Made by a program: the position numbers and the translations under genes
Origin: Octopus sinensis
Taxonomy: Eukaryota
Direction of reading: 5' to 3'
DNA length: 64,000 nucleotides
NCBI RefSeq assembly: GCF_006345805.1
Contig: NC_043002.1
Span: 76,942,001-77,006,000, forward strand
Shown here: piece after piece, positions 37,931 through 51,463 of the stretch
Layout: each line of letters starts with the position of its first letter
Position numbering within the stretch: the stretch's first letter is position 1
The notes under the pieces: model-generated
What the model was told of the DNA's origin: nothing
What the model saw: only the letters and a program-made list of their open reading frames with translations
Database searches by the model: none

Positions 37931-40900
37931 GTATTAATAATAATAATGACATAGTTTTACTTGGTACAAAACCCGTTTGAATGATGTGATATGTATACAT
38001 TTATGTCACTTAGTTTACAAACTCTGGCAACAGGAATGGAAGACAAAACTGATTTTAGTCAAAATTGAATTCAAACATTTAAGATAGCAAACATAATGGT
38101 AATGAAATGTTTGATCTAGCACTCAACTGAATGTTGCTAATTTTCCCGATTCACACAAATTCATGGAATAATTATTGTCATCAGTGATAGTGGCAATAAT
38201 GATCATGGTTTCTTATTTTGGAACAAGGCTACAAATATTTCTAAGGATATGGTTGAATGATTTCAGTTTGAGTACACTTAAATAGATATATAAGAGTATG
38301 CCCATACTAACTCCACCTGACCATGTGTTATTGTGGGTTACCTTTGCATGCACCACTTACCACTGTGTTGCAAAAGTGATAAAAAAACTAAGGGTTATTG
38401 TAAGTACCAATATCTCTAGTTATGATTCATGTATTTCTCCTTATGTATGATACAATGGCACCAAACTATATGCAGGTGTATAGCATACAAACTTTACCTG
38501 TATTCTTGCCTCATCCAAATACTTGTGACAGTTTGGATTGTTAAAAGTAGTTACAAAATTTGTAAAATAAGTTTCTGTGGACTGAAGCTTTAGATAAGCC
38601 CACTGTCATCATTGGAACTTCTTCAAAGATTCCTCTTCTTCACAGTGTACAATAAATATTGTACTAGTATACTATTTACACTGTCGAAAATACTGAAATG
38701 ACTGTAGTGATACTAACAGATGTATTCAGATATGGATCAGGGTAGGGTTGTGGAAATAATCATACGGAAAATAACATCATAATAATTTTTGGGATAATGG
38801 CAGTATGTGAAAATATGTTGAGGATTTAAAGTAGATGCTTGCTGAAAAAAAAAATATATGACAAAATAAAATGGTCAGAGCTGATCTGAGAGAGTTTATG
38901 TTAATGGGGGTTCACATTACAAAATTAGAAATAACCCGCCAAAAAAAAAAAAGATTTGTATCATTTGTTTCTATCAAATTGTTGGCTTTGCTCTTACAAT
39001 CTTGAATTTGGTGCAATATATTTCCTTTTCTATAACATATTTCTTTGATTCTTGTGAGAACAATTTCAGGAAAATAAGCAGTCTTCTATTTGTAGGATGT
39101 TTTCTTCCAATGTTGCTGTTTTGCGAGATCAATTTTCTTTAAAAATAAATTCCTATTATATGAATTAATATTTATCTTTGAAAGAAAAGAAAAAAATCCC
39201 TCTTCTTTGAATTTGATATATAGCATTATTAAATGACATTCTAAAATCACTAAACAGTTTCTGATTTGAACAAATATTTATTTGATTCAGACAGATTAGG
39301 TTTACATTTCTATTTTATATAACTCCTTTATTGCAATATGATTGACTTTGAGCCATTTGATCCTTCAATTAAAAAAAAAAAATAGGACAAGAGACTGTTG
39401 TTGAGCTTTGAAATGTTTATGTAAAGAATTTCATGCTGTGTTGTTATTGTTGTTAAGCTGCAAATCGTCTCCAACTCAGTAGGCCTATGATTAAAAATGT
39501 TCTAGCATGATCATCCCCATCGCTACAATTTTCTCAGGCATTGTTTATAAAGAAGTACATTGTTCAGTGTGTTTCACTTCCTCTCCAAGATGGTCGGGTT
39601 TAATTTCAGGAAGATTTTTCTGCCTTTTCTAGTTAATTCCCTCAGTGGCACTTAATTCATATTCCTCCTCCTCCTCCTCCTCCTCCTCTTCTCCATCATT
39701 ATTGATATTCTTTATTCTTTATCTGAGATCATTTATTGAACTATGGATATATTGTTGAACAAACTGTTAAACTAAATAAGCTGTTCAAAAGAGAAATAAA
39801 ATGCTTTGTTGTGAAGAAGGGGAAATTCTAATATTGTTGGCAAAATCTTAATTGTTTTCTTCCACGTATCACCACTTTATACCTGTTTTCCTTGCTGGCA
39901 TGGATCGGAAAGTTTGACAGGGTCCAGTGAGCTGGAGGAATGCAGCATGCTTCAATCACTCTGTTTTGGTATAGTTGCTATGGCTGGATACTCTTGGATG
40001 CTGACTGCATTACAGAATGTACTGGGTACTTTGTTTGAGGCACCAACACTAGTGAGGTGGTCATACAACTTGCAAGTCAAAAGAGCTAAAAGGGCCCCCA
40101 CAATAGAAAGGAGAATAGGAGAGAAAGGAAGAGAGAGGGCAGGAGAGAGAGAGGGCAGGGGAAAGAGAGAGAGAGTGGGAAGGAAGGCAGGAGAGAGAGA
40201 GGGAGATGATTCTAGGTGAGGTGCTGTGAGGAACTACTTACTTCTACGGGATAGTTGATTGTATTGATTTTAGTAGTTGACTAATACTTATTTTTGTAGA
40301 CCTTGAAAAGATGAAAAGCAAAGTCCACCTTGTCAGAATTTGAACTCAGAGCATAAAAGAATGTAGTCAAATACCACAAGTTGTTTGATGCTTTACCAAT
40401 TCTGTTTTGAACTTGCATTTCTATTAAAAGGGGAAAAAAATGGGTGCTATGATTTAGTGGTTAAGTCTTTGAGCTTGGTTAACAAGTTTAAAATGTGCAA
40501 TGAAAATTGGACTGATTTCTAAGAAAACTGCACTTCTTAGTTCAGTTTACTCAACTGAGAAATATATATTTCTCTTACATCATGATTGGGTGGCTAGAGA
40601 TACAGAAGCTGTTCTTTTAAAATATCTGTTTCATAAATTCATGAAAATACTTGAATTTTTGCAGAACTATTTGACCTATTCCAAAAGAAAAAATGGCATA
40701 GCTGAATTGCCTTTGATCATGGATTTGATTGATGAAGATTGAGCTGAGACAAAACAACAACGTCTTGTAGTATGGACAGAATTTTGACAAATGATGTAAA
40801 AAGGAAATTTTAAAAGAAAATATTAGAAATTGATTGTATTTTTAGTAACTGACTTCCAAATTACATATTGCATTGAAATTCCAATTCTGGGTAGACTTGT

Positions 40901-41510
40901 AGTTTTACTTACTCACCTTTTGTTACTGGCTGTTGTTTAGGTAAATTCAATGTCAAGGATTCAGCTGGCACAGTACTAGTATGGTATATATAAGACCCTG
41001 ACTCAATGTTGACTCCAAGAAGCTTGATATTAGTTAACTTTGACGTTGTGACTCCTCACACTTCCGTTCAATTTTTGAAAATATTTTATGAAAATTATTC
41101 TCAGTTAACTCACAAATAATTTGAAAATGGCCACGAGAATGGAAATGCAGCTAAATTTAGGTTCTAATCAATATAGTGCAATGTGATGCAGAGATTTACT
41201 TGCCTGTATGCATAAGTGTGTAACTAATTGCCTGCCCAGCCTCACATAGGAATACATATACATAAAAGTATCATTGAAAACTATAAATCATAAATGAATT
41301 TGATAAACCTTCCAATCGAACAGTTGGCTAAGTAGACAATTACTATTGTTAAATAGACCAAAATATTCGTTTATGGTATTTAAAGTGTACCATATTGAAT
41401 AATAAGATCTTGAGAATCTTAATTTAGAAATTTTATTGATAGAAAGAAGAACTGATAAAATTCATTACTTTCCAGGGGCTTTTGTTTGTATTTTTCATGT
41501 AATATAATAT

Positions 41511-41885
41511 TGTATGTATGTATGTATGTATGTATGTATGTATGTATGTATGTATGTATGTATGTATGTATGTATGTATGTATGTATGCATGCATGCATG
41601 CATGCATGTATGTATGTATGTATGTATGTATGTATGTATGTATGTATATGTATGCATGTATGTACACATATGTATGGATGTATGCATGCATATATATATG
41701 TATTTATGTTTGTGTGTGTGTGTGTGTGTGTGTATGTATGCATGTATGAATGCATACATACACAAGCGTTTATATATGTGAATGTGTGCATGTATATATT
41801 TATGTATGTGTGTATGTATGTATGCATATATGTATGTATTTATTTGTGTCTGTGTGTATGTATGTATGTATGCATGTATGAATGC

Positions 41886-41918
<33 letters not shown>

Positions 41919-41975
41919 TGTATGTATGTATGTATGTATGTATGTATGTATGCATTTATGCATGTGTGTGTGAGT
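41511..41975. repeat. (TATG)n-rich compound microsatellite
   Basis: Directly visible; source of the YVCM/HTYI ORFs. Confidence 0.97.
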
Positions 41976-42180
41976 GTAAAAGGATATGGCATAAAATTAC
42001 ATCGTCTCATAGGAATGCGATTTAGCAAATTGTGTTTCAATATAAATTGGTAAACTCCATTTGGCATTAGAAATGAAAGTAGCTTTAGAGACAATATGTT
42101 ATTTCCCATATGGAAAATAGTTTTGTTTGTTTCTTCAAAACATTTAAACTGTGTAACACATTTGTGTGTACAGAGACATA

Positions 42181-42236
<56 letters not shown>

Positions 42237-42362
42237 CGTGTGTGTGTACATGGGTGTGCATATTGGTTATTAACACATGTCTATATGTAACATTGCATTT
42301 ATATGCAGATTCATGATTTTTGCCTGTTTTCTTAATCTTACGATAGCTTTGTTGTTGCTTAA

Positions 42363-42583
42363 CCTTTTAGTTACTGTGTTTATTTTGGATATGATCTGTG
42401 CTTCTTTCAATTAATTTTAAATATAATAAAGAACTTAGTAAAATAACTTAGTTATCATTAAGCTAGTGTTAGGAACAAATTTTGACTAAGTTTTGGTAGA
42501 AAATTTTAATTCAGAGCCTTTAGAAGCAAGACATTTGTACTACAGAGCCATAGGCGGTTTCACCCAGGTTGGTATCAAAAGGG
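42363..42583. mobile_element. piggyBac-type MITE (same family as 27592-27812)
   Basis: TTAA|CCTTTTAGTTAC ... GTATCAAAAGGG|TTAA with colinear interior. An older relative lies at ~61545-61775. Confidence 0.85.
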
Positions 42584-42744
42584 TTAATATATCACTTCTT
42601 TTCTCCCTCATCCTTCTTTCTCTCTCTGTCTCTCACATACACATATGTATGAATACTTTCTCTATTTTTTTGTCCATGCTAGTATAGCTTTGATATTTGC
42701 ATGAATTGTCAAAATTTGGGATTTATATGGGTTTCAAATTTTGG

Positions 42745-43300
42745 TACTTGGCTAATAAGTTTTGGTGTATGAGGATGGCCTCGGAGATTCTAAGGTTGCC
42801 TCTGTTCAGCTGTGTTGCCTTGATTTCCCAGGTCTGGTATTTCCATAGATGTTTCTTCACAGAAGTATCTGCTTGTATGTGTTCTTTAATGCGTATATGC
42901 AGTTTTCTTGTTGTGCTTCCTATGTAAGATGAGCAACATTTGCCACAGATTATCTCATATACAACATAGGCCCTCTGGCACAATTCAGGGTCATTGATGT
43001 AGAGGTTCAATAATGTGCACTCCTTGGAGTAATGAGAGGTGTTGTTCTTGGACAGAGCTTTTCTCAGGGAAGGGCCAGTGTGCACTATCTGTATGTCGAG
43101 TCCTTCCCTGTGGACTGTATGTTGTATCGCTACAGTAGTTCTGTCATCAAAGTGTGGTAGCTTTAGGAAGCACATGCCAGACTTGGGAGTATGATGGTTC
43201 TTCCAGGATTTATTGACCTTGATGTTGTTTAGCTAAAGATGGTGGGTAGACATTTAGGGTTAGGTCTCTGAGGTACTGTTTGGGGTTGACAGCTTTGTCG
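42745..43300 (-). mobile_element. Penelope-like element fragment encoding a GIY-YIG endonuclease domain
   Basis: ORF 42723-43175 contains VVYEIICGKCCSSYIGSTTRKLHIRIKEH and LRISEAILI; a YPPSLA thumb remnant lies upstream. Confidence 0.85.
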
Positions 43301-43356
43301 GTCACGTTATGCAATTGTTGTTTATACGTGCAATCTCACTTCAAATATATATATAT

Positions 43357-43399
<43 letters not shown>

Positions 43400-43421
<22 letters not shown>

Positions 43422-43862
43422 GCAATATGCTGTACTTGAGAAGACCCCTCAAACCAAGTGAAATCATAGTCGTGGCTGATGCTGGTGTCATGTAACAGGC
43501 AGCCATGCCAGTGGCACGTAAAGAACACCTTTCGAGCATTGGGCCTCATGGAGGCAATGACCAAGACCTTTGGCATTATGTTGTGCTTGAGAAGAAGACC
43601 CATCAAGCCAAGCAAAATTGCAGTCATAGCAGATACTGGAGTCATGCAAATTGGCACCCGTGCTAATAGCATGTAAAAACACCCATTATACTCTCAGAGT
43701 GGTTGGCATTTGGAAGGGCGTCCAGCCATAGAAAACCATGCCAAATAAGACTGGAGTCTTGTGCAGCCTTCCAGCATGCCAGCCCCAGTCAAACCGTCCA
43801 ACCCATGCCAATATGGACAGCAGACATTAAATGATGATGATGAGGACGAGGATGATGATGAT
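43400..43862 (+). mobile_element. RTE 3' end with a duplicated ORF-end/UTR module
   Basis: AAGACCC.TCAA.CCAAG.GAAAT..AGTC occurs at ~43441 and ~43595, followed by the family C tail and (GAT)n. Confidence 0.85.
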
Positions 43863-44073
43863 ATATACATATGATGAAAGTAGCATTAACTTACTTGTGT
43901 CATTCAATTTGACTCAATTGATCAATAGACCAGTTGAATAAACCTGTCAGTAATGTACCTATAATTACTACTAGAAACAACTGTATGCCAAATTTGTTCC
44001 AATAAAGAATAATATATAATGACCATTATTTTTAATTTGTTTCTTATACACACACACACACACACACACACAC

Positions 44074-44099
<26 letters not shown>

Positions 44100-44106
<7 letters not shown>

Positions 44107-44345
44107 CAATGTGTGTGTCTGTGTCTGTGTTTCTTCCTTGTCCCACTATTTGACAGCTGCTGCTGGTGTGTTTATATATCTGTAACTTAACAATTCACCA
44201 AAACAAACCGACAGAATAGATACTAGGCTTAAAAAGAAATAATAATAAATAAGTTCTGGGGTTGGTTCATTCGATTAATAATTCAAGGTGGTGCTCTAGT
44301 ATGGTCACAATCTAATGACTGGAATAGATAAAAGGTAAAAGATTA
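44100..44345 (+). mobile_element. SINE family A, 3' half, old
   Basis: Post-microsatellite half only. Confidence 0.65.
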
Positions 44346-45414
44346 GATAATAAGAAGCAAAAAGAGAAAAAAAATTTAATGTGTGTCTCAGCCAAAATGA
44401 TTTCACAATGTCAATAATTTGTTTTTTTGTTTGTATAATCATCTCCTTTAAAATTTCCTCTTCTGCTGATTTTGGTTAAAGAGTTTTGTCTGGCATTATG
44501 ACAAAACTGCAATTTAACAGTGTATATAGATCAGTGATCTTTGTATAATGAACATGTTATATAGTTAAGCATGAATAATCAAAAAGAGGCTTAACTGATT
44601 ACTGGCCTCCCTAGCAGCAATCACTTTATATTTTTTGAATGTGTGTGAAAATCTGTGTGTGTGTATGTCTGTGTGTGTTTGTGTATGTGTATGTGTGCGT
44701 GTGCATGTGCATGTGTGCATGCTCACGTGTGTGTGTGTCCATATGTGTGTATGTGTGTGTGAACGTTCACATGTGTGTGTGTGTGAGTGCTTCTATCAAA
44801 ATAACCACGTTTGCAAAAATCCACAGGAACACCTCAGAACAGTTTATTGTTGTTTTTTAGATTAGACACGAAACTAATTCTGCAAAGAAAGTAGTACACA
44901 ACCAATTGATTCAGCACCTGTGTATTGTTAAGGAGGAGGGGTGGAGGGGGTGGAGGAGAAGAATTAAAACAAAGTTAACTCTCACCAGTGCTAAATATTT
45001 TAAAGATTCCAGTTTGTTCTGCTGTTTTCATCAACCCCAATTACCTATTATCTTTTATGAATGAACAAAGGAGCTATTACATGGCTGTTACATTTGCTAG
45101 AAATAGAAGGCATCTCTCCTGCATTCACAACCTGCCATCTTGAAAAGTGAAAGTACACATTAGATTAAAGGACAGGATTGTTCTGGAAAGAAAAGCTGTT
45201 AATTATTAGTGCCTGATCAGGGTTGATCAGGGTCTAAATGACAACAATGACACCTGTCTTACTTAGAAATGTAATGAGATGAATACATACTTTAATTTGT
45301 GTGACATTATTTCAATTGCGTTTTGTGCTTGAGATACCATCTATGACATGAATTCTATTGTGAGTTTTTTATAAGACTGTAATTGTTTTAACATTATGAT
45401 ATATATATATCACT

Positions 45415-45418
45415 TATT

Positions 45419-45498
<80 letters not shown>

Positions 45499-45512
45499 CA
45501 TCATTATTATTA
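45415..45512. repeat. (TTG)n-(TTA)n microsatellite
   Basis: Directly visible. Confidence 0.97.
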
Positions 45513-45670
45513 TTCCGCTGAGGTCGATTTTGCCTTTCATTCTTTCAGGGTTGATAAAATAAGTACCAGTTGAAGACTGGGGTCAATGTAATCAACTCAT
45601 CCCATCCCCCAAAATTGCTGCCCTTGTGGCAAAATTTGAAACCACCATCATCATCATCATCACCACCACC

Positions 45671-46225
45671 ATTATTATTATTATTATTATTATTATTGTT
45701 GAGTGAGAGAGCAGTGCATGCCATCAAAGTAACATTGGGGTAAAAGATATGAGGCCCAGTATACCCATCATAATTACCTGTCTGATAAGGGTACACCAGG
45801 CATATGCATCACAACCGTATGTGTGCGACATGGTAATTTCATATCAAGATAAACAGCAAATGACCTTGCAGGTGGGGCCCAGTTACAATTTTCTTCTGGT
45901 CGAGTAACCCATCCCACTCAAAAGGTCCCTGAATAAGGGTTGTTTAAGGATGTTGAACGAAGCACCCATGTTTCCAGAGGTGAATTATTCAAACCCCAAA
46001 GAATCCCTCTCAACACATGGCTATGATGCTCCCCCACTACTTCTGCTCGTGATCAGAGATGCACATATCGTCAGCCACTAAGGGAAATACTCAACTGGTT
46101 GAGGTCAAATAACTGACAGCAAATCTATGGTATTGAGCAGAATATTTGCTGTAACCCATCTTTTATACCAAGACAAAACAATGTACATGATAACACTTCC
46201 AGTCAGTTAAGATCAGAAGCCATGA
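45671..46225 (-). mobile_element. Non-LTR retroposon 3' region with an (AAT)n tail (family E)
   Basis: The minus strand ends GCATGCACTGCTCTCTCACTCAACAATAATAAT; GC content is higher than the flanks; it truncates the adjacent maT copy. Confidence 0.6.
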
Positions 46226-46229
46226 AGGT

Positions 46230-46517
46230 ATAACATCACCATCACTAGTGATCACTCCAAACACCATGATGTTGACTGGATGATTGATTTTTATCACTCT
46301 TGGTACATGTTTTGGTAAGCCAACAGTTGTTCTGTGTATTCACCTCCTGTTCATATTAGAGCTTCCAGTGCAAATGCCAAACAGTACAGCATGTCATTTC
46401 CAAATTTCTGGCCGAGTGAATTACATCATGATGCTGTTTTTCTCACAGGCAGTGCCCAACTGACCCTACTATTCTGTGTAGTCAACAAAATCAAAAACAA
46501 TGTGCATGTGAAAAATA
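46230..46517 (-). mobile_element. Second internally deleted maT (DD37D) fragment
   Basis: Shares CATCACTAGTGATCACTCCAAACACCATGA and CAGTACAGCATGTC.TTTCCAAATTTCTGG with 14790-14960, but the junction differs. Confidence 0.85.
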
Positions 46518-48600
46518 TATATATATATATTATATATATATATGGTATTGGAAAATGTCCACATATTGTATATATGCATTCTTTCCTTTGTACTTCCAAT
46601 CATATTTGTTGGTAATTTTGACACTTTTAGTAACTTACATCTTCAAAGATACTGTAAATATATACAGTATTTTCAATCTTATTCTCATAAATAGCTCTCT
46701 CTTTCTCTCCCACCCACTACCCTCCTCTCTCTCACTCCCTCTCTCCTCCTCTTTCTCTCTCTCTCTCTCTCTCTCTCCCCTCTCTCTCACCTCTGCCCTC
46801 CTCTCTCTTTCATATTTATGACATTCTTGTTTAGAGTTAAAATGTGAATTTTGTAAATGGCAATACAATACCTTTTGGCAGTGCTACAGTATCAAGCTTG
46901 AACAAATATCAAAAGAAAATCATCCAAGAAATATTATAATAATTGTGATATTCTATTTTCTGATGAAAATGTCAAAACAGATTTCATTTGTTTACTTAGA
47001 TTTAATTTGTTTTCCTTGAAATAAACATTTCTAATAAATAAATGGAGTAAAGAACAAATGAATGTTTGGAGTCAAACAGAATCTTTGAGCAACTTTCTTG
47101 AGAAAATCTTAGACAGTTTATCGTAACAAGGAACTCTTTTGGTGAGGGACAGCATATTATTATTTATTTTTCAAATGATAGAAAACTGCAGAGTAAAAAT
47201 TATTCAAAGGGAAAAAAAATGAAAAATAGAGACACCTAACAAACTTCAGATAAGACTAAAAAATAATATCAACAACAACAAAAACAAAACACTCTGCTGA
47301 AGAATCCCATGGGAAAACAAGGTTAAAATCTTTTTAGGATATCAGCCTTATCAGCTTCCTCCATTTAAATGTATTTGTTTTTTGTGTGAGACGGTTTTAG
47401 GGAGTCATTTGATGTGTGTGGTGTTTATAGGATTTTTAAAAGTGTTTCTCTTCTTAAAATAAACAGAAGTTGGAGCTGGGATTTTAGAAGCAGGTAGGTA
47501 TTACACTATAGCTCAAATTAGGAATTAGGTCAAGGGATAAAGTGAACAATTTTATTTGTTTTAGGGGTTCATCTTTATCATTTGTTCTTAGTTTCAAGGC
47601 CACGGCTTAAGACAGGAATTTCATTGTGCAATTTCAAATGTTTGTTTTCTTTATAGAATATACTCTGTAAGAAACATTATGGTTGCTGAATTATATAGTC
47701 CTGGAATTCTAAACAGCTATTGTTCATTTTATCATCAGCATCGATTTTTAAAGTTTTTTTTCTTTCCAAGCTAGCATGGTTATATTGAGACCCCTGTACA
47801 ACAAACATATTACCAACAGTCTCAATTTTTCATCAGCCCTTCTCTGAAATTCTCTAGCTTGAGATGTGACCCTCTCACCCTTCCACAACTTTTTTTCCAC
47901 ATCTTCCTCACCCTTCTACTACTTCTTTCCTACATTTTCCCCAGTCTTCCTCTTGGGCTGTCAGCACCTTCCACAGACAGCACATGTTTCTATCCCACAA
48001 CCCCTGCTTCAAGTATTTATTTGGATCATTCATCCATATCAAAGTAGTTATTCACTTGCACACTTCAGCCAATATCTTTAAATCCTTTTAAACCCCAGGT
48101 ATTCTTTCAGATCATATATTCTCAGCCTCTCATGTCGGCCAAAGCATCCCGAATTTTCATTTTGGTGATGTACTTTTTAAAAATAACATTTTTTGTGACA
48201 TTATGAAACCATCATCCATCTCTTCTTCACATTTTCTAGGTCTCACCTCAAATACAACAGCTCTTGTGGTCTTCTTGCACAAAACAAGATATAATGAGGA
48301 TTGAAGCACTACAGAGATCAATCACAAAAATTAATTGGCTTATCAGGCCTTGATTATTGGGCTCCCCTCAAAATGCTGATACTCTATTCTCTCCAGTGCC
48401 ACTGTGAGATCTATATTATTTATACAATGTGGACAATATTCCGCCAATATTATCCACATGATGACAATATCAAGTTTATGAATCACCCAAGGTTAGGCCT
48501 CTGTGCCATACATCTACAAAAGTTGAGTTCACATCGCATAAGAACATTGCAACATAACTTCTTTTTTTTCCCCCCCTCAAATGGTCTTGTTTTATTCAGC

Positions 48601-48905
48601 ATTATAATAATATAATAATAATAATAATGAAATTATTGTATACAGTGCTCAGGTGCACCACAACTTGTCAGAAAGTGCATATAAAATACATGCAGTAATT
48701 TTAAAATGTCTGGAAAGCGAACAATGTATGAGTCAGATACATGCTTGTGTGTGTATAGAGGGGAGAAAATCAGGTGTAGTGTTGGCGAATCTCAGAAAGC
48801 ATGGAAGTTTTGAAGGATGCAGTGCTCCGACAACTAACAACTGATGCCGGCAGTTTGTTCCATGCTTCAGCAACTCTCAGCATGAAAAAATGTTTCCTGA
48901 AGTCA
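48601..48905 (-). mobile_element. CR1-clade LINE 3' end
   Basis: 48898-48770 reads RKHFFMLRVAEAWNKLPASVVSCRSTASFKTSMLSEIRQHYT*, followed by a UTR and (ATT)n tail. Confidence 0.88.
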
Positions 48906-48952
48906 AAAGTAATTCAAGTAGTAAAAGACCTCACAACATTCAAACAGTACCT

Positions 48953-49352
48953 ACAGTAGGCGTAGGAGTGGCTGTGTGGTAAGTAGCATGCTTACCAACC
49001 ACATGGTTCCGGGTTCAGTCCCACTTTGCAGTACCTTGGGCAAGTGTCTACTATAACCTGGGGCCAATCAAAGCCTTGTGAGTGGATATGGTAGACGGAA
49101 AGTGAAAGAAGCCCGTCGAATATATGTATATATATATATGTGTATGTGTATGTTTGTGTGTCTCTGTTTGTCCCCCCAACATCGCTTGACAACCAATGCT
49201 GGTGTGTTTACATCCCTGTAATTGAGCGGTTTGGCAAAAGAGACCGATAGAATAAGTACTAGGCTTACAAAGAATAACTCCTGGGGTCGATTTGCTTGAC
49301 TAAAGGTGGTGCTCCAGCATGGCCACAGTTAAATGACTGAAACAAGTAAAAG
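48953..49352 (+). mobile_element. SINE family A, 7-bp TSD
   Basis: TSD AGTACCT at 48946-48952 and 49353-49359; removing the SINE restores the host LINE frame. Confidence 0.9.
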
Positions 49353-49671
49353 AGTACCTGGAAAAATTCCTCCAAGAAGAAGTACCAGACAAACCAGCAA
49401 CATCTGGATATATCTCCGCCAACAACAGCTCTTTGCTTGAGTGGTCTATGATGTCCCAAAACATGACTTAAAAGACTTTTCCAGGTGGTGCTGTTAAGTT
49501 AGTCATAGCCTTGGCTGATAATGACTGACACCAATCTAAGTTATCGAAGTAAATATCACCAGTCTGTGTGCATAGTTGTCAGGCCTCAAATATATATATA
49601 TATATACTTCATTTTTGTAATATATATATATATATATTAAATTAGAGATAAAACCACTATTAGTCAACTTA

Positions 49672-49825
49672 ATCATCATCATTGTTCGACCGTGGTCGAG
49701 ACAATGGAATTTACCATGCTATGCCAAGCTTCACAGTCCATCATAGCATTACGGAAGTCCTGTTGCTGGATGCCTGTATCCCTGGAGATTACATCAGGGT
49801 AGGAGAGTGTGCGCCCTCTAGACAT
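49672..49825 (-). mobile_element. RTE (BovB-like) 3' end, subfamily with almost no 3' UTR
   Basis: RGRTLSYPDVISRDTGIQQQDFRNAMMDCEAWHSMVNSIVSTTVEQ*, immediately followed by TGATGATG. Confidence 0.8.
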
Positions 49826-50019
49826 AAACCAAAACATAAAAAAACAAAAAATAAATATAATTAATATAATATACAATATATATATAAAATCTAAAATTTA
49901 AAATTTAAATTAAAATTTAAAATTTTAAAGTTTATATTTGTTAATTTTAATTTTTACATTTAAAAATTTTTAAACTTAAAATTTTTTTTTAACTAACCAA
50001 AAAGTATAAAAAAGTTAAA

Positions 50020-50023
50020 TATA

Positions 50024-50055
<32 letters not shown>

Positions 50056-50118
50056 CATCATCATCATCATCATCATCGTTTAACGTCCGTTTTCCATGCT
50101 AGCATGGGTTGGACTGAT

Positions 50119-50208
<90 letters not shown>

Positions 50209-50216
50209 TATATATA

Positions 50217-50248
<32 letters not shown>

Positions 50249-50256
50249 AATATATA

Positions 50257-50299
<43 letters not shown>

Positions 50300-50318
50300 T
50301 ATATAATATACATATATA

Positions 50319-50358
<40 letters not shown>

Positions 50359-50360
50359 TT
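50020..50360 (-). repeat. (TA)n array containing a ~60-bp RTE tail (50056-50117)
   Basis: CATCATCATCGTTTAACGTCCGTTTTCCATGCTAGCATGGGTTGGAC is flanked by TA repeats on both sides. Confidence 0.9.
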
Positions 50361-50812
50361 ATTTGTAAAATATATACGTCATTTTTGTAAAAATTCAACA
50401 GATTTAATTATATTACATGACGTACCTATAGATAATTGGTGGCACATTAAAGTGTTGTGTCACACAGTTTGGAAATCTCTGATGCAGGATAATAATACAT
50501 ATTCAAAGGATCATATCTCAGTGCTTGCCAATTCCCTTAGATCTTCCGCATTTAATGATCATGTCTTATTTACTATGTTTCATCACACTTCTTACACATG
50601 CTTCATACAGTCTGCTCTTTACATGAAGAGCAGTCTGCTTTGTCGCCAGTCAGTGTAACAACTCCCTGAACTCCTTCCAACTTGTTCTTATTCTAGCTAC
50701 AGTATATACACCACAGTTGCTTATTGCACTAGTTAGACCACCTAGTTACCAAGCCATAAACTATTTCTGTGATATTATTGGACTTCATTTTGTGATACTT
50801 CTATTGCTGAAT

Positions 50813-51127
50813 ACTCTTGTTTGTCGTTTGTTCCTTCTCGAGCCACTCCTGGCTCATAAGGGCCGGTTTCCTGGTTTCCTTGGTGTATAGGTTCCCCACT
50901 TGGATGATACGCTGGTCCGTCACAGGTGAGCTGCAAGATGCAGGAGGAAAGAGTGAGAGAAAGTTGCGGCAAAAGAGTCAGCAGAAGTTCACCATTACCT
51001 TCTGCCAGAGCTGTGTGGAGCTTAGGCATTTCACTCGTAAACACACACATCGCCCGGTTTGAGATTCGAACCCGTGATCCCTTGACCGCGAGTCCACTGC
51101 TCTAACCACTAGGCCATGTACCTCCAC
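50813..51127 (-). mobile_element. tRNA-derived SINE (family G), well preserved head
   Basis: GTGGAGGTACATGGCCTAGTGGTTAGAGCAGTGGACTCGCGGTCAAGGGATCACGGGTTCGAATCTC with boxes A and B; V-SINE-like CCTGTGACGGACCAGCGTATCATCCAAG downstream. Confidence 0.85.
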
Positions 51128-51463
51128 AGATACTCCTGTACATCTATTAAATCTGATGACCTGGTTCTCTATCACTCTACTAGAGATTCCACTGTATCTT
51201 ATGTGTGCCCCTTGTTGGTAAGTAAGTATTATGTATCAAATTTCTATCAAACCTCTTTCTACATATTAAAGGGAGCCACTTTTTAAATATCACTGGAATC
51301 TCATACTCTTTGTCATGAGCACAGAAGTCTTTGTCTTGATGATTTTTAAGTCTCTTAACTCTATACATTGCTTCAAGGTTTTGAACTTCGTAAACATTTT
51401 AACAAATTCTGCTTTGCAAGTTATGCTGTCAACATATTAAAGCTCTTTGCAAGCTTGGTTTAG

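Larger units (their letters stand above)
48200..49500 (+). mobile_element. Old CR1/L2-type LINE 3' region interrupted twice
   Basis: TFSRSHLKY..., GLSGLDYWAPLKMLILYSLQ (ORF 48301-48615), then after two inserts VKDLTTFKQYLEKFLQEEVPDKPATSGYISANNSSLLEW. Confidence 0.8.

Noticed and set aside
40500-40790. 80-aa ORF as a host exon or hAT transposase relic
   Set aside because: Only faint resemblance to hAT motifs and no splice support; cannot be supported by eye.
51055-51127. Functional tRNA gene
   Set aside because: Boxes A and B are present, but the acceptor stem does not pair and the head continues into a SINE body.
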